Source of the DNA: Mobula hypostoma
Lineage: Eukaryota
Length of the DNA stretch: 64,000 nt
Direction: 5' to 3'
Assembly: GCF_963921235.1 (NCBI RefSeq)
Contig: NC_086108.1
Location: 79,486,001 to 79,550,000, forward strand
In this document: piece by piece, positions 39,185 to 52,745 of the stretch
Position numbering within the stretch: the first letter of the stretch is position 1
How the letters are laid out: each line of letters opens with the position of its first letter
Made by a program: the position numbers and the translations under genes
Notes under the pieces: model-generated
What the model saw: the letters and a program-made list of their open reading frames with translations, nothing else
Databases searched by the model: none
Told to the model about the DNA's origin: nothing

Positions 39185-39985
39185 GTTACAGGAGTGAGAT
39201 GTACCTTGCTGTCAATATCAGAAAGACGAAAGAGCTGATTGTGGACTTCAGGAAGGGTAAGACTGAGGAACACATACCAATCCTCATAGAGGGACTAGAA
39301 GTGGAGAGAGTGAGCAGCTTCAAGTTCCTGCGTGTCAATATCTCTGAGGACCTAACCTGGTCCCAACATATCAATGCAACTGTAAAGTAAGCAAGACAAC
39401 AACTATACTTCATTAGGAGTATGAAGAGATTTGGTATTTCAACAAAAACACTCAAAAACTTCTATGGATATACTGTGGAGAGGATTCTGACAAGGCTGCG
39501 TCACTCTCTGATATGGCGGGGGGGAGCTACTGCACATGACGGAAGGAAGCTTCAGAGGGTCGGAAGTTTAGACGGCTCCATCTTGGGTACTAGCCTACAA
39601 AGTACCCAGGACATCTTCAAGGAGCAGTCTCTCAGAAAGGCAGCAACCATTATTAAGGACCCCCAGCACCCAGGGCAGACCTTTTTCTCACTGTTACCAT
39701 TAGGTAGGAGGTACTGAAGCACACACTCAGCGATTCAGGAACAGCTTCTTCCCCTCTGCTATCCAATTCCTAAGTGGACATTGAACCCACGAACACTACC
39801 TCACTTTTTAAATATGTATTATTTACGTCTTTGCACGATTTTAATCTGTTCAATATACGCACACTTTAATTTATTTTTCTCCTGTATTATGTGTTGCATT
39901 GAACTGCTGCTGCTAAGTTAACAAATTTCATGACACATGCCAGTGATAATAAACTTAATTCTGATTTTGATTTTGATTCTGATTA
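39185..39985 (+). mobile_element. Rex1/Babar-like LINE 3' part
   Basis: ORFs KTKELIVDFRK...VERVSSFKFL.VNISEDLTW and TLKNFY...; tail aataaacttaattctgattttgattttgattctga. Confidence 0.85.
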
Positions 39986-41049
39986 CTTAATGAAACTAAG
40001 TATTACATAGCTGTAATGATATTAGCTTGACGCAGAAAGTAAGATACTTGCCTTTCCTTTTGGATTAGCACATGGTGTTGATATTCCCATGTACTAGCCT
40101 TAAGTGTTGTTCTTGATGTGGAAGATTAGAGATCTGAAGGCAATGCTGATATGGTCACCGTGTACTAGTGATAAAGGGAGAGAAGAAATGGATAATGTGA
40201 TACCTGGAGAGGTTTCCATTGTTGTCTTTATCCTTGAATATTGCTGGTACGGGATCAAAGAAAGAATATCCACTGAAAATATAGTGGTTGCTATCCTCCT
40301 CAATTTTTTCTTTCTTTCTCTTGTTGAAGTGTGGCCATTAACACCAGTGAGGTATTAATATTAGTAGTTTCTTGTCAGCCCAGGACTTTTACTACTTATG
40401 AATGTGGAATACTTCAGTATCTGATTTGCAAATGGAGCTAAAATCTGAGCTGTCATCAGTGAAGAATGCCTCCTGGCGAGGATGGCCTTGAGCAGCTGAG
40501 GTTAATACCTTCAACAACTCCTGCAGCAGTATCTTCTTTGAGTTAAGAGCAGACACACTTCCCACGCTATCTGAATTCATCCTGTCTGTTTATGGATGAA
40601 CCGAAACTCTGAGAGTGCGATGCTGAATGTTCCAGACAGAACACGGAGTAAGGATGTTATTGACGACAAAGTGCTGGGTAAAATTAACTTGTGGCTGATG
40701 ATTGAGATGAGGTGAATCAGATTCTACAATTCTGTGTTCTTTTTGTTCTGGCTTAGGTAGGCAGGAAAAAATGTGTCTGTCTTCTACACTGTTGGTTGGA
40801 TGCCAATGTTGTCACTGTATTGGAACAGTTTTACTAGTTCTGCAACTTGGATCCTTGCCATAGATTGGATCGATCAACTCAGTATTCTGATGAGAATTGG
40901 TTAGATCTGTGTACTGACAGTTCTGTGATAATGTACCATCTTGGCACAGCCTTAGTAGCAAAGGGAAGGAACCAGCAAATTTTGCAAGTTCTTTTTCAGG
41001 TTAAAAACTTGTTTTAAACAAAATAGCCATTAAGCTAGAATTGATTAAA

Positions 41050-41680
41050 AAGGAGGCTAGTTTTGAGAGTGGCTCTGTTTGAGTTCTGGTGCGTTGTTTG
41101 AGGTCAAAGCGCCACGGCTAGGAGGCTTCGGTGAAGAGGCAGAGCAGAGGTAAGTGCAGGTAGGATCCAGCAACCTTCACCTTCACATTTGGTGAGTCAC
41201 GGCAGCGTTTAGGGCAGTGGTGTGTGCTTTCCACAGGATGCGAGAGATCTGGAGGAATACTGTGTCCCTGAGGAATACACCTGTGGGAAGTGTGTCCGGC
41301 TGCAGCTCAAGACCGACTATGTTAAGGAACTAGAGCTCTGTGCACCTAAGAACATCTGAGATGTTAAGGACCTGATAGATAAATTTTAATGATGTCGTCT
41401 CACCTAAGGTGCAGGTTGCAGATAGTTGGGTGACTGGGAATTTTCTTTATATATTCACAGAATATGTCATGTGCTTGGAATGTGCTGCCAAGAATGATGC
41501 TGCAGACAGAAATGATAGAGACATTTAAAAGGCTCTGAGGTAGGCACAGAAATATGCAGAGAATGGGGCGGATATGGGCCAAGTACATGAGAATTAATTA
41601 GTGTAATTAGGCATCATTAGCTTAATTAGGTTGGAAAAACATTGTGGGCTGAAGGGCCTGATCCTGTACTGTACTGTAAA
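41050..41680 (+). mobile_element. Internally deleted CR1-like element (5' UTR/ORF1 zinc-finger remnant joined to 3' end)
   Basis: tacacctgtgggaagtgtgtccggctgcagctc (YTCGKCVRLQL), followed within about 200 bp by a CR1 3' UTR ending gggctgaagggcctgatcctgtactgtactgt. Confidence 0.55.
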
Positions 41681-41968
41681 TACTCTAAACAGTTGAGTGT
41701 GCGGTGAGTTCTGGTTAATCGGAACACATCGGGAACTGTATATCTTGGGCCAATTAAATGGATGACCCAATTAACCGAAGTTTCATGGAAATAGTTAAAA
41801 AGGTATTTAAAGAAAAAAGGAAAACTACTGCTTAACTAAGTTATAAATTCTGTATTTAAATGAAATACAGAACAAATTAGAACACACCAATGCTACTGTA
41901 GTATGATAAAGCTGTGTGTTAGTTCCTAATAGTTATTGACGGAGAACTTCCAATTTATGCTGCCATGT

Positions 41969-42462
41969 ATGAGGTGTCCAGGAGGTGTAACACCTACTGA
42001 GGTAGCTTGTCCAGTCCATTCTGGGGCAACTCACTCACCTTTAGTTCCCAGCAGACACTCAGCTCTCAGCTATGGTTTTAAGTAGCTGTTTGTATGTCAC
42101 AGCGGACACAGCCCAGTACACGATTCAACACGTGGGCTAAACCAAGTTGAAGGTAATCAGCGAACCTCGTACCTGTCTTAGCTTGTCCTAGACATTTTGG
42201 ATGAGATTAACAGTGAGATCTAACGGCCAAGAACGTGGTTCTACAATGCTTCTTGGAGAGCGAGGGGCATGATAAGGCACAGAAGAATCATGGTTATCCA
42301 CAGCAACCAAGGAAGACCCCGATTTCTGATGACTACGAATATCACTGGACCCAAACTTCTGAGATTGATAGAATGGAAATATCCCAGTGAAATAGCTTTT
42401 CCAATTTAAAAACTCTCCCACACAAGTTTCACTGTTATCGTCAGATACGACAGACAACCAGC
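41969..42462 (+). mobile_element. Unclassified ~490-bp non-autonomous retroposon with 12-bp TSD
   Basis: ATGCTGCCATGT (41957-68) and ATGCTGCCGTGT (42463-74) flank the insert; strand is a guess. Confidence 0.65.
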
Positions 42463-42638
42463 ATGCTGCCGTGTTCTTTTGTTTGACTGTAAATGAACAA
42501 AATTAGTGCAAACATCTAGAACAGATAACGGGCTGCCTTCATAATGTTCCAGATGATTATTTTCATTGTTGCATTCAAGGTGATTGTCAATACCTTCAAA
42601 TTCTTCGTAGTTCCTAACTTGCTAACTTGTTGAAGTAG

Positions 42639-43240
42639 AGGGTGGGAGGAGAAGATGGCGGCGTGATGCAGCGCCTGCAGCCTCTCCGGTGAAATGGTAT
42701 CGTATTTGTTAGATAGGGTACCGTGCACAATTCTGATTTGATGGAGACAGCTGTGAGAAGCACGGAGGAACATCTGGAGAAACTTCTGAAATGCCCGGTT
42801 CGCTGCCGCTGCTACTGTGAGATCGAGAATCTCTGGAGGGAAGGCCCCAAATCCTTGGCTTTGCCTGCTGCTGGTGGCCAGGGCTGGGGTCAAAGCGCTC
42901 AGCAGAGATGGTGTTCAGTGTCGGAGGCTCGAAGTTTTCGGAAGACTCAGAGTTGGACTGTGATCGGGCACGGCAGGGAGAGTTTTCTTCCTTCTCCCGT
43001 CTGCGTGAGATGTGGGACTTTCAAGAGACTTGGAACTTTTTTTTACCATGCCCATGGCCTGTTCTTCATCAAGTTATGGTATTGCTTGCACTGTTGTAAC
43101 TATATGTTATAATTATGTGGTTTTTGTCAGTTTTTCAGTATTGGTCTGTCCTGTGTTTCTGTGATATCACACCGGAGGAATATTGTATCATTTCTAAATG
43201 ACAATAAAAGAGGACTGCGTGTCCTCATAATCTAATCTAA
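42639..43240 (+). mobile_element. Non-autonomous retroposon (AAGATGGCGG head, (AATCT)n tail), copy 2, divergent subfamily
   Basis: gaggagaagatggcggcg...aatgacaataaaagaggactgcgtgtcctcataatctaatctaa. Confidence 0.8.
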
Positions 43241-44601
43241 ATTGTTTAATCATTTTCACTCACAGCCATTTCCGGTGTCTCCGAGCCTGAATGCTTGAAA
43301 CCAGAGTGAGCAAAACAATTCTAATTTGTCTTGCAGCTTATTTCTCACCAGCCATCAGTGACGATAATCACTGCCTTTTGAACACAAACACACGTAACTG
43401 ACACTATTTATAAAACCGTTCGCTCTACGCACGGTGTAGTGTCTAATGGCCATGCAAGTGCATGTGACTGACTGTAGTTAGAAACTGTTCAGCAAAAGTG
43501 TCCTGTCCCAATTAGATAGCATAGTGTCCCAAATAAACAAAGGGGATCCTGGCTATTTTCTTGATTAAAGAGTTGTTCCAAATAAAAGGCTTCCCCAATT
43601 AACTGATAGACCAATTAACCTGACTGCACTGATTGACCTTGACTTTGCAGTATTTGCATGCAGAAACTGTGTTTGGATGAGCAGCTCTTCTAGATTACTA
43701 GTTTGATGTAATTGAGTGGTAGTGTTCCTCTATCCATTGAAACATACATGAGAACATTGAACAGGCTCTGGTGTTATATTTTCCAAACTGGTCTTTGATG
43801 CATAGGAATTTCTGCTCTCTGAAGCCATAATGCACACTCTGATATAGAAGAGGGGAAGAAGAGCCAAGAACAAATTTTGATGTGAGGGAAAAAAAGTAAA
43901 AGACTGGGTCAAAGCCAAACCATAGTGGTTGATAGGAGTTACCGAATGGACTGTCTTGGAGAGTGGGAGCTCACTGGTTGTTCCTGTGCTCCGGTGGCAA
44001 TGTAATCAGTTTAAGCTCCATTGTGTCAGTTCTATTCAAATGGAAGTGTGCCCAAGTTTATTATCTCTGTTGGATACAGAAATCACTTTGGACAATACCT
44101 TCTGATCAGTTCAGATTTGTATTGTGTGATGTGCACTTAAGCCCTTGGAATTCGTACAAAATGCATGCTGCAGGTGAACGTAACCTGAGCAACAATGCCC
44201 ATTTGTCATCAGGAGCTCTATTTACTGTCATTGTGCGACTCCTGACAATTTAAAGATGTGCCTTCTTTTTCTTCCTTCTCTGGTTTATTTAGATAAATGC
44301 GAAGAAGGAATCAGTGGACTGAATCTTGGTTTTCCTAACTCGTGTGTCAGTGTCATTGGGCTTTACCTCATTCGTCATTAGAATTGTACGTAGTTTCTTT
44401 TGATGATAAGATTTCAAATGGATTGTTCTTTCCAGGAAAGAACATCAAGATTCAAAATTGGTTAATGTCATTTCCCGTATGCAAGTGTAAGGAGAATAAA
44501 ACAATTGTTACTCCAGATCTGAGGCAGCACCAAAGAAATTGCACAAGATAAAGAACACAATAATAATTCTAAAAAAAAACTCCCCTATAAATATAAATAT
44601 A

Positions 44602-45201
44602 TGTAGCGACGATGCCCCAGTTGACTCCCATTTGTCTAGGGTGAACTGGTGTTGACCCCGCCAACTCTGTAATTGCATTGGTGTGGATACTGTGTGATTG
44701 CACCCAGGTACAAGCCCACGACATAAAAAATCAGACAGTACACGATAGGCAAGTAAATGATTACACATTATAATTATTTCTCGGTGATGGGTTAGTAGAA
44801 ACAAATAAAATAAAGGTGCCAAATCAATAAATTTTATCAGTTCTGTGCACAATAATTCGTTGGAGCTCACGAAATTCAGTATCCATTCCTGCCCTCTCCT
44901 CCAAACTCCTTCGACCCTTGGCTGGGATCACTCCCGGTGATCTACCAGAGTACTCAACTCATGTCCGACCTCTTCTCTTCTCCTTCACCAAAAGCCCGCA
45001 CTTCTCCTCCGGTTCCCACACATACAGATAGAATAACATGACTTCCATTGGCTAGCAAATGAATACAAGGCCCATTATCACTAATAATAACCCAAACATG
45101 CTGCTACAGAGAACCCCTTACTCAGCAGTTAACAGTACAGAGAAGCCATTTTGTCAGCCTTAACAATTAACATTACGATGAGTATTACTGAGAACCCTAC
45201 A
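44602..45201. mobile_element. Solo LTR (600 bp)
   Basis: TGTAG...CTACA inverted termini with a 4-bp TATA TSD on both sides. Confidence 0.75.
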
Positions 45202-45449
45202 TATACAAGATAGCTTATAAAATGATGCTAGGCTATACATAAGGTGACTGTCAGAAAATAAAGTGGTGGCATGAGAAGATTAGGCAGCTTCTCAAGACTG
45301 CCCCGCCTTTTTACGTGATTGTGGCTGTTCTGGCCCACACCTCATCTCCGTTTTTGTGCCAATTCCCAAGGCCCTCAGTTCTTTGTTCTTTCAAAAATGT
45401 ATCTGCTTCCTCTTTGAAGTCTCTCCAGCATTTACCCTCAACAAACTGC

Positions 45450-46300
45450 AAATCAGAATCAGGTTTGCTACTAACGGCATGTGTTGTGAAGCTTGTTAAT
45501 TTAGCAGCAGCAGTATAATGCAATACATAATAAAGAAGAAAAAAAAGTTAAAATAAATAAATTACAGTCAGTATATATCTGTATATTGAATAGATTAAAA
45601 ACAGTGCAAAAACAGAAATAACATTTTTTAAAAAGCGAGGTGGTGTTCATGGGTTCACTGTCCATTTGGGAATCGTATGGCAGAGGGGAATAAACTGTTC
45701 CTGAATTGCTGAGTGTGTGCCTTCGGGCTTCTTCCTGACAGCAACAATGAGAAGAAGGCATGTCCTGGGTGATGGGGGTCCCTAACAGTGGATGTCGCCT
45801 TTCTGAGGCACCACTCCTTGAAGACGTCTTGGTTACTACAGAGGCTAGTACCCAAGATGGAGCTGATGAATTTTACAACATTTTGTAGCTTTTTTCTGTC
45901 CTGTGCATAGCCCCCTCTCTCCACCCCACCCCACCCCACCCCCATAACTGACAGTGACACAGCCTGTTAGAATGTTCTCCACGTTACATCTATAGAAGTT
46001 TTCAAGTGTTTTAGTTGACAAACCAAATTTCTTCAAACTCCTAATGAAATATAGCCACTGTCTTGCTTTCTTTACAGCTGCATTGATATGCTGGGACCAG
46101 GTTAGACCCTCAGAGATCTTGACACTAGGAACTTGAAATTGCTCACTCTCTCCACTTCTGATCCCTCGATGAGAATTGGTTCATGTTTCCTCATCTTGCC
46201 CTTCCTGAAGTCCACAATCAGCGCTTTCATCTTACTGACATTGAGTGCAAAGTTGCTGCTGCGATACCACTCAACTAGCTAGTATATCTTGCTCCTGTAT
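45450..46300 (-). mobile_element. Rex1/Babar-like LINE 3' part, same family as 39185-39985
   Basis: ORFs MKKFGLSTKTLENFYRC.VENILTG and QFRNSLFPSAIRF.N. Confidence 0.85.
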
Positions 46301-47879
46301 GCCCATAGAACTTCCATAGAAGAGAATTCCAGAGATTCACAAACCCCTCCAAGAAAGTTTCTAGCCAGCCGCGTTTCAAATCACAATTGCCTGATCTTAA
46401 CTACCTGCCCTCATTTGGGTTCTCCCACTCCTGGAAGCATTTTATGATCTACCTTGTCATCGATCTACTTCCTATAACCTCTTGTGATTAAAAACAACTT
46501 TTCCACCCTAGGCATTAGTTTATGATTTGCTTTTGGACTGCCTGAGTTGTCAGTATATCATTTCTTAAACAAATGTACAGCCTTACCTTTACCCTGTACA
46601 ACTGTAATTGGTCCCACCCCCTTTTGCGATAAAGTACAATATGCCATTTGCTTTCCTTGCCCTTGCCGTACCTGTGTACCTACGTTTTGCAATTTGTGAA
46701 CAAGAAAATCTAGATCCTTTTATACTTGGCCACAATCTTTGCCCATTAGGTAATAATCTGCTATTAGTTTCATCTAACCAACACGCTTGGCATTACTTTC
46801 CCATGTTAAATACAAGTATTTACCCACTTACGCATCCTGTTTATATCCAGTTGAAAAAAGGTTAATATTGTCATTGCAACGTTTCCCACCCATCTACTTT
46901 CAAGTCAATTGCAAACTTGAATATATCTTCACTTTCCCCCACATCCCTAAAAAGTGTAATTGATCATGAGCAATTGAGTGCATGCATTGGATACCAATGC
47001 TATAAAAAGGCATTGCCACAAAAGCTGATTTGAGCAACTTGCAATTCTGATGGAACTTTGAATTTTCAAGGCTGTCAGATCTCCATGTTCCTTGCATGAG
47101 AGATTCACTGTTGTCTTCAGAAGTTTGTACTTTACATTGGTGGCGCAGTTGATATTTTCTGTTCCACTTGAAAGGGAGCAAATAAGAGGAAAAAAGCATT
47201 AGGAAGAAGAAAGGCAAGAACGGATCGTCAATAAGTTTGCTGCTTTCATGGAAGCTAATTGTTTTGTGGGTATTGCATTTAGCCACAGATCTGCTGAAAG
47301 TTTAATTTTCATCAGTAAAGTTGTAAAGAGAATAGTTTGCTATTGCAAAAAAGAAACTTTAAAGGATAGTTGGATTTGCAGGATATGAATGATAAGATTT
47401 TCATGTTTTGGAAAATCACAGAATATTTAATTCATTCCTTTGGATTTTGGGGTGGGGGTGGGGTTGAAATATTTCACACTGATTTAAAATAATCTTTGGT
47501 ATGATGTGTCATATATAGAGAAACAAAGACTAAAATGAAAGAAGTGCTGCCAACAGGATAAGAAAACTAGATACAAACATGCATGTAGGTTGAGAGAATG
47601 TTGCGTTGATTGAAATGAGGTGTCAAAGCTTTCTGTCAGCAGCATCCTGTGAGTATTTGGTGCTAATCCACAAGGAAATGCAAATACACCTTCTCCATTA
47701 TCTGCCAGTATCACCCTGCTGTTTGATGCCATTCTGAGACAAAATGGCGAGGTGCTGACATTTGGAAACAAAATATAGCTTTGAATCAGTTAAAATGCTT
47801 TCAAGATTTGTTTAATTAATAAGTTTTAGAACTTCTAAGCTCTTAAAATTCAACTCAGTTGTTTCAAAAATAATATAAA

Positions 47880-48550
47880 TGTAGTGTGAGCAGTTACAAA
47901 CTCATGGGGGCGCACATCTCACGCAACCTCTCATGGTCCCAGGACTCATCCTCCACAGTAAGAACGCTCATCAACGCATCTTCTTTTTGAGGAGGCCGAA
48001 GAGAGCTAGTCTGTGCCACATTCACAACCTTCTACAAATGCGCAGTGGAGAGCGTCCTGACGTGCTGCATCCCTGTGTGATACGGAGACTGTACTGCGAC
48101 TGACTGGAAAGCACTACAATGGGTAGTTAAAATTGTCCAGTGCCTCACCGGCATGAGCCTACCCTGTTTAGGGACTGCTTGTCCCACTCCTTTCAGGGAG
48201 AGGCTATGCAGTATCCATGCCAGGACCTCTAGAGGCAACGATTACTTTCCCCAAGCTGCCAGGTGGATCAACACCTCCACCCATTAATCCACTCCACCAT
48301 CCCCACCAGCACTCCATACATCTCATCTAGTGTCATTCTATTTACATACAATCAGTGTATGAATACAATAATACAACTGGTTCATTGTGTTTTATAGCAT
48401 TGCTTTTATATTTATAATTATTGTGTTTTTTTCCATTGTTCTTCATGCTTACTGTTTTGTTTATGCTGCATCAGATCTGGAGTAACAATCATTTTGTTCC
48501 CCTTTACATTCTTGTACTGAAGAATGACGATAAACGATCTTGAATCTTAA
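47880..48550 (+). mobile_element. Rex1/Babar-like LINE fragment
   Basis: ttctacaaatgcgcagtggagagcgtcctgacgtgctgcatc (FYKCAVESVLTCCI); tail gataaacgatcttgaatctt. Confidence 0.75.
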
Positions 48551-50493
48551 ATTAACAGCGTTTTATTTTCCTGCTTTGCAATCATTCCTCCCACTGAAAT
48601 GAATTTGTTTACTGTTCTTATACCAGGTTTAATCTGACGCTGATTTCAATGCATCAACTGGTGTTATTGCTGCAAATTTGAAATGGATGTTGTTAATTCC
48701 TTGCATGGTCTGACCTGTAATGTTAAACGAAGGCCCAGTTTTGTTTTTTTGATACATGCAAAAGAACCCACAATACCTTTTAATGAAATGGACATCTGGG
48801 GAGCCTTCATCCCTCACCCTAATCCACCATAGTAGATCACTTGGATGCATGTGTTCAAGACAAAAATCACATCTGACAAAGTTGATTTGTGTTCCATGAT
48901 GGTGTTGATGTAAAAATATATGAAATATTTGTATTGACCATTAAAGCCTTTTGACGTACAAAAGTCATTTGATAAAGCACTAAAAGTGATGTAATTGTAA
49001 AGATAGTAGTAGTCAGCTTACAAAAGTGGCAATGAAGTAAGTTAGTTTAATTCTGAAAGCGTTCTTAGATTGGGAAGATATACTGTAAAGATTGTTGTTC
49101 CCTAGGGATTGGTAGCAGAAACTATGCTCTTTGTGATCCATATCAATAACTTGGACTTGAGTATTCAGTGCAGCATTTGCAGATGATGCAGGTCCCCCAA
49201 ACATAGTAAATGGTCATAAGTTACTGACAAACTTTGAAGGGCATTTGTATCAGTATAGTTGAGGATTCAATGGATGCGGTTGGCCATGAAGCCCTGTTTC
49301 TGTGTTGCATGACTGGCCAAATTGAACATACACATGGCATTAAAATGTAACACTAATATGATGAGTTGATTTTAGGAAGAAAGGATTGGGAATGGCAAGA
49401 CAGCATATTGAAAGGAGAAATTTTGAAGGAAGAGTGGTCTCTTGATTTACATACAGAAGTTCATAAAGATAATAAGACAATTTAAACAGTTCTATATAAA
49501 AATACACTGAAGCCACAGCTTTATAATAAAAGCATGCAGAAAAGCAATGAAATCAAACACTGAGGTATAGCAGGGATTTTTTGTATCCAGTTATAGACAC
49601 CACTTCTTGGGGCAAGTTGAGTAGAGCAGAGGTTGACCAGAATTATGACAACATTACTGTGCTTTACTTATGTGGAGTCGTAGAACCTGAGATGCTTTTA
49701 TATTGACGAGAAGTTTACAGGCGGATTGAGCAGATGGATTCAAACTTTTTGGTAACATTGAGTAAACTGGTTTCTGTTGACATGATAAAAATGCTGGAAA
49801 CACTAACAGGTCAGGCAGCGTCAACTGGGGAAAAAATGTGAACAATTCAGGTCAAAGCCCTTCATTACTGTGAGGAAAAGAGATGATCAGATGTGACAAT
49901 TTTAGGATAACTGCCCACAAAACTTGATGATTTTCAATTAGCAAGTTGCTCTGAACTGGAATTCAACTTCTGAAATGTGACCAGGTACAGATTTCTTCAT
50001 ACTTTCATGAGGGAATTGGGCACAAACGTGGGGGGGAAAGGTGTCAGATATTGTGGACAAGGAGCAAGTTGGTGGGCTGAGATGACATAGTCCTTTCAGA
50101 AAAGCTGACACCAACATGATGGGCTGAATGGCCTATTGAACTGTAAATTGCTTTGATATCATTATGGGATGTGGGACTTAATTGTATGGTATTCACAACA
50201 TATGGTTTACAAAACAATAGAAGCTGACTAGCAACCTATTTCATTGGCTGTGTTGTACCTCGAATAAGTGTGAACTGAAAAAGGACCTAGTTTTTTTTCC
50301 GGTGTATATGACGAATAAACTTTTTTTTTCCCTTTAGTTTTATTTCAGTGTCTTCCTTTAGTAGGCTGTCCCAAAAACCACTGGCACAGCACAGTACTTT
50401 CGTGCCATTGAAGTCAGCACAAGGTGTGAATTCCTGAAAAATAGGAATGAAATGCAAATAACAATTAAATCTCTTACTAACTCTTCCTTCAGT

Positions 50494-50532
50494 TAGTCCT
50501 GATGAAGGGTCTTGGCCTGAAACGTTGGCTGT
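50494..50532 (+). ncRNA. Minimal type I hammerhead ribozyme motif in a PLE terminus (PLE piece about 50470-50592)
   Basis: tagtc CTGATGA a GGG tcttgg CCT GAAAC GTT ggctg: intact core, GUU (NUH) triplet, stems I and II complete with G-U wobbles. Confidence 0.7.
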
Positions 50533-52644
50533 ACCTCTTCCTAGAGATGCTGCCTGGCCTGCTGCGTTCACCAGCAACTTTGATGTGTGTTGAATGAAAT
50601 GCAAATTGTTTCTTTGAAGCATGGACATCCCAATCTAAAAAAATAAACCAGAGGTGATGTATTCTGAAAAATAAAATGACGGATCATGAACTGCCCTGTG
50701 TCTTGTGGATAAATAGACTTTATGATTCAATCTGCAGACATTCTTAACATTTTGTAGGAGATCATACTGCCCATTAAGAGAAAGGATGTGGAAAGAAGAA
50801 GATGATGAAGATGATTAAGCAAAATAAGAGCAAATAAAAACTCAGTGGCACATGAATTTTTAGTTAAAGTAATGCACTTTGTTGAATTTTTAAATCCTTT
50901 CTGCACTTAACGAATTAATAAAATTTTAGTCTTTTATAAAAGTTAAATGAAAAGGACATTTGAACTTTCAACAGAGGAACCAGACTGTCATAGGCCACAA
51001 ACGTCATAGGTCACAGCGTCATTCCCCCATTTCACACGGAGGATTTCTATGAAACTTAATGAAGGCTATGTAAAACCATTTTCGATTTGCGTATTGGAAT
51101 TGTGCACCTAGACTTTAAGTTTGAATCATGTTACTTCTGAGTAATTTAAGTTGCATAACATGAACTTAAGTTCGAGTGGTTACTGGTTTGCCATTGGTTA
51201 TGTTGGAAACAAGTTGAGATGAGAAATTAATAAGAGTGCATTTATAGCGTTTTGACTTGAGCAAGTAATTTATATAATATTGATGCAAATAAAGAAGTAA
51301 AGTGACACTAATATTGATTCAGGAGTTACTTTCATAATGGCTTATCAGTAAGTTCCCAGTCCACTGTCTACTGAGGAGGTGGAGATTTTTTCTCTCTCTT
51401 TTGGGACATGATAAGAAAGAGCATTTACATTATTTTCCAAAACACAATGGTACTGGGCTCACGTTGGTGAACAGCTGCAGAATGACAAACTGTACAGAAT
51501 TTTACTGTCCTATGCTTTGTGTGGTTTGTAAACACTAGATTCTTCACAATGCACGGTAATTGGAATTCATGTTTTGTTCCAGAAGGAAAACATCAAAACA
51601 AAACTGTGAAATGCAGTCTGAATTTTACAGTCTCAGCAGATATGTAAGAAGCAATGAGGCCTTCTTTGCCGAATATAAACAGGGTAATTTAGTGTGATTG
51701 TGCATGGTAAAGTGCTGTCAGATTGATTTGAGCATTCCCTCGCACTGGGCTGGAGCAGCTGCATTTCAAAAGCATAAATTATATTTGTACAGTAATCCTA
51801 TTAATGCTTCAGTGATTTCTAATAATTTCTAAAATATATACTGGGAGAAAAGGACAACATGATGCAAAAATGTACACTTTGAGTGTCTTATCAAGTTAAA
51901 AGATTGTATGATTAAAAACAGAAAGATGTGCCGTTTTTTATATAGTTATTTTGCTGAGAAGGCTACTGATGAGTAACCTGTTTTTTTTTCAGATTGGGGC
52001 TACACACAGAAGCATTTTCCTCTCCATTTCCTAAACAGATTAAGAATGGAATCTCTAGCAAAGGACAATAAAACGTACCCTATGATTGATAATAGCAGAC
52101 CACCTCAGTAATCAGATCTTTCATGTAAATCAATCTGAAGAATTTAGAGGTCCAGCAAGAAATGTTTACAGTTTTGGGACTCGGAATTTGGCAGTCAGTA
52201 AGCCAGCTGAAAGGTATCTAATTCAGCAGACAACAAGAAAATGATAGCAGATAATAATTTTTGTTTAATTTTCCATGCCCAAATGCATTAACATGCTATA
52301 TTTAAGCTTCTGGTCCAATTTTGACCTGCCATGAGAAATCTGACGAGGATGCAGAATGATGCAAATTTGCATTATCAGCAGCTCTTCAAGTGTTACTGAC
52401 TGCATTGCATTAAGAACATTAACTTTTAAGTGAGGATAGAAATTTGTAAAACTTCTATAACAACTTATGAAAACTCTTTTTAATATTTATATGAAAAACA
52501 TAAAAATCAAAAAGGTTTCACAGACTGCCCTCAACAAAAAGCAGCATAAACTGAACAGTTTATCTCAACAGCACTACAAAAGCCAGTGTGTTCAAAGTGG
52601 AGTGTTGCTTCATAGGTTTTTTTAAAAAAAGTCTATGAAACAGC

Positions 52645-52745
52645 CACACACACAAAAATTGCTGGTGGAACGCAGCAGGCCAGGCAGCATCTCTAGGAAG
52701 AGGTACAGTCGACATTTCGGGCTGAGACCCTTTGTCAGGACTAAA
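52645..52745 (-). mobile_element. PLE terminus with core-mutated hammerhead
   Basis: rc reads tagtcCTGACAAagggtctcagcccGAAATgtcgactgta. Confidence 0.7.

Larger units (their letters stand above)
41702..43631. mobile_element. Tc1/mariner-Tigger-like non-autonomous DNA element hosting two retroposon insertions
   Basis: Imperfect TIRs cggtgagttctggttaatcgg / ccaattaacctgactgcactg, with subterminal ccaattaa repeats at both ends. Confidence 0.6.
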
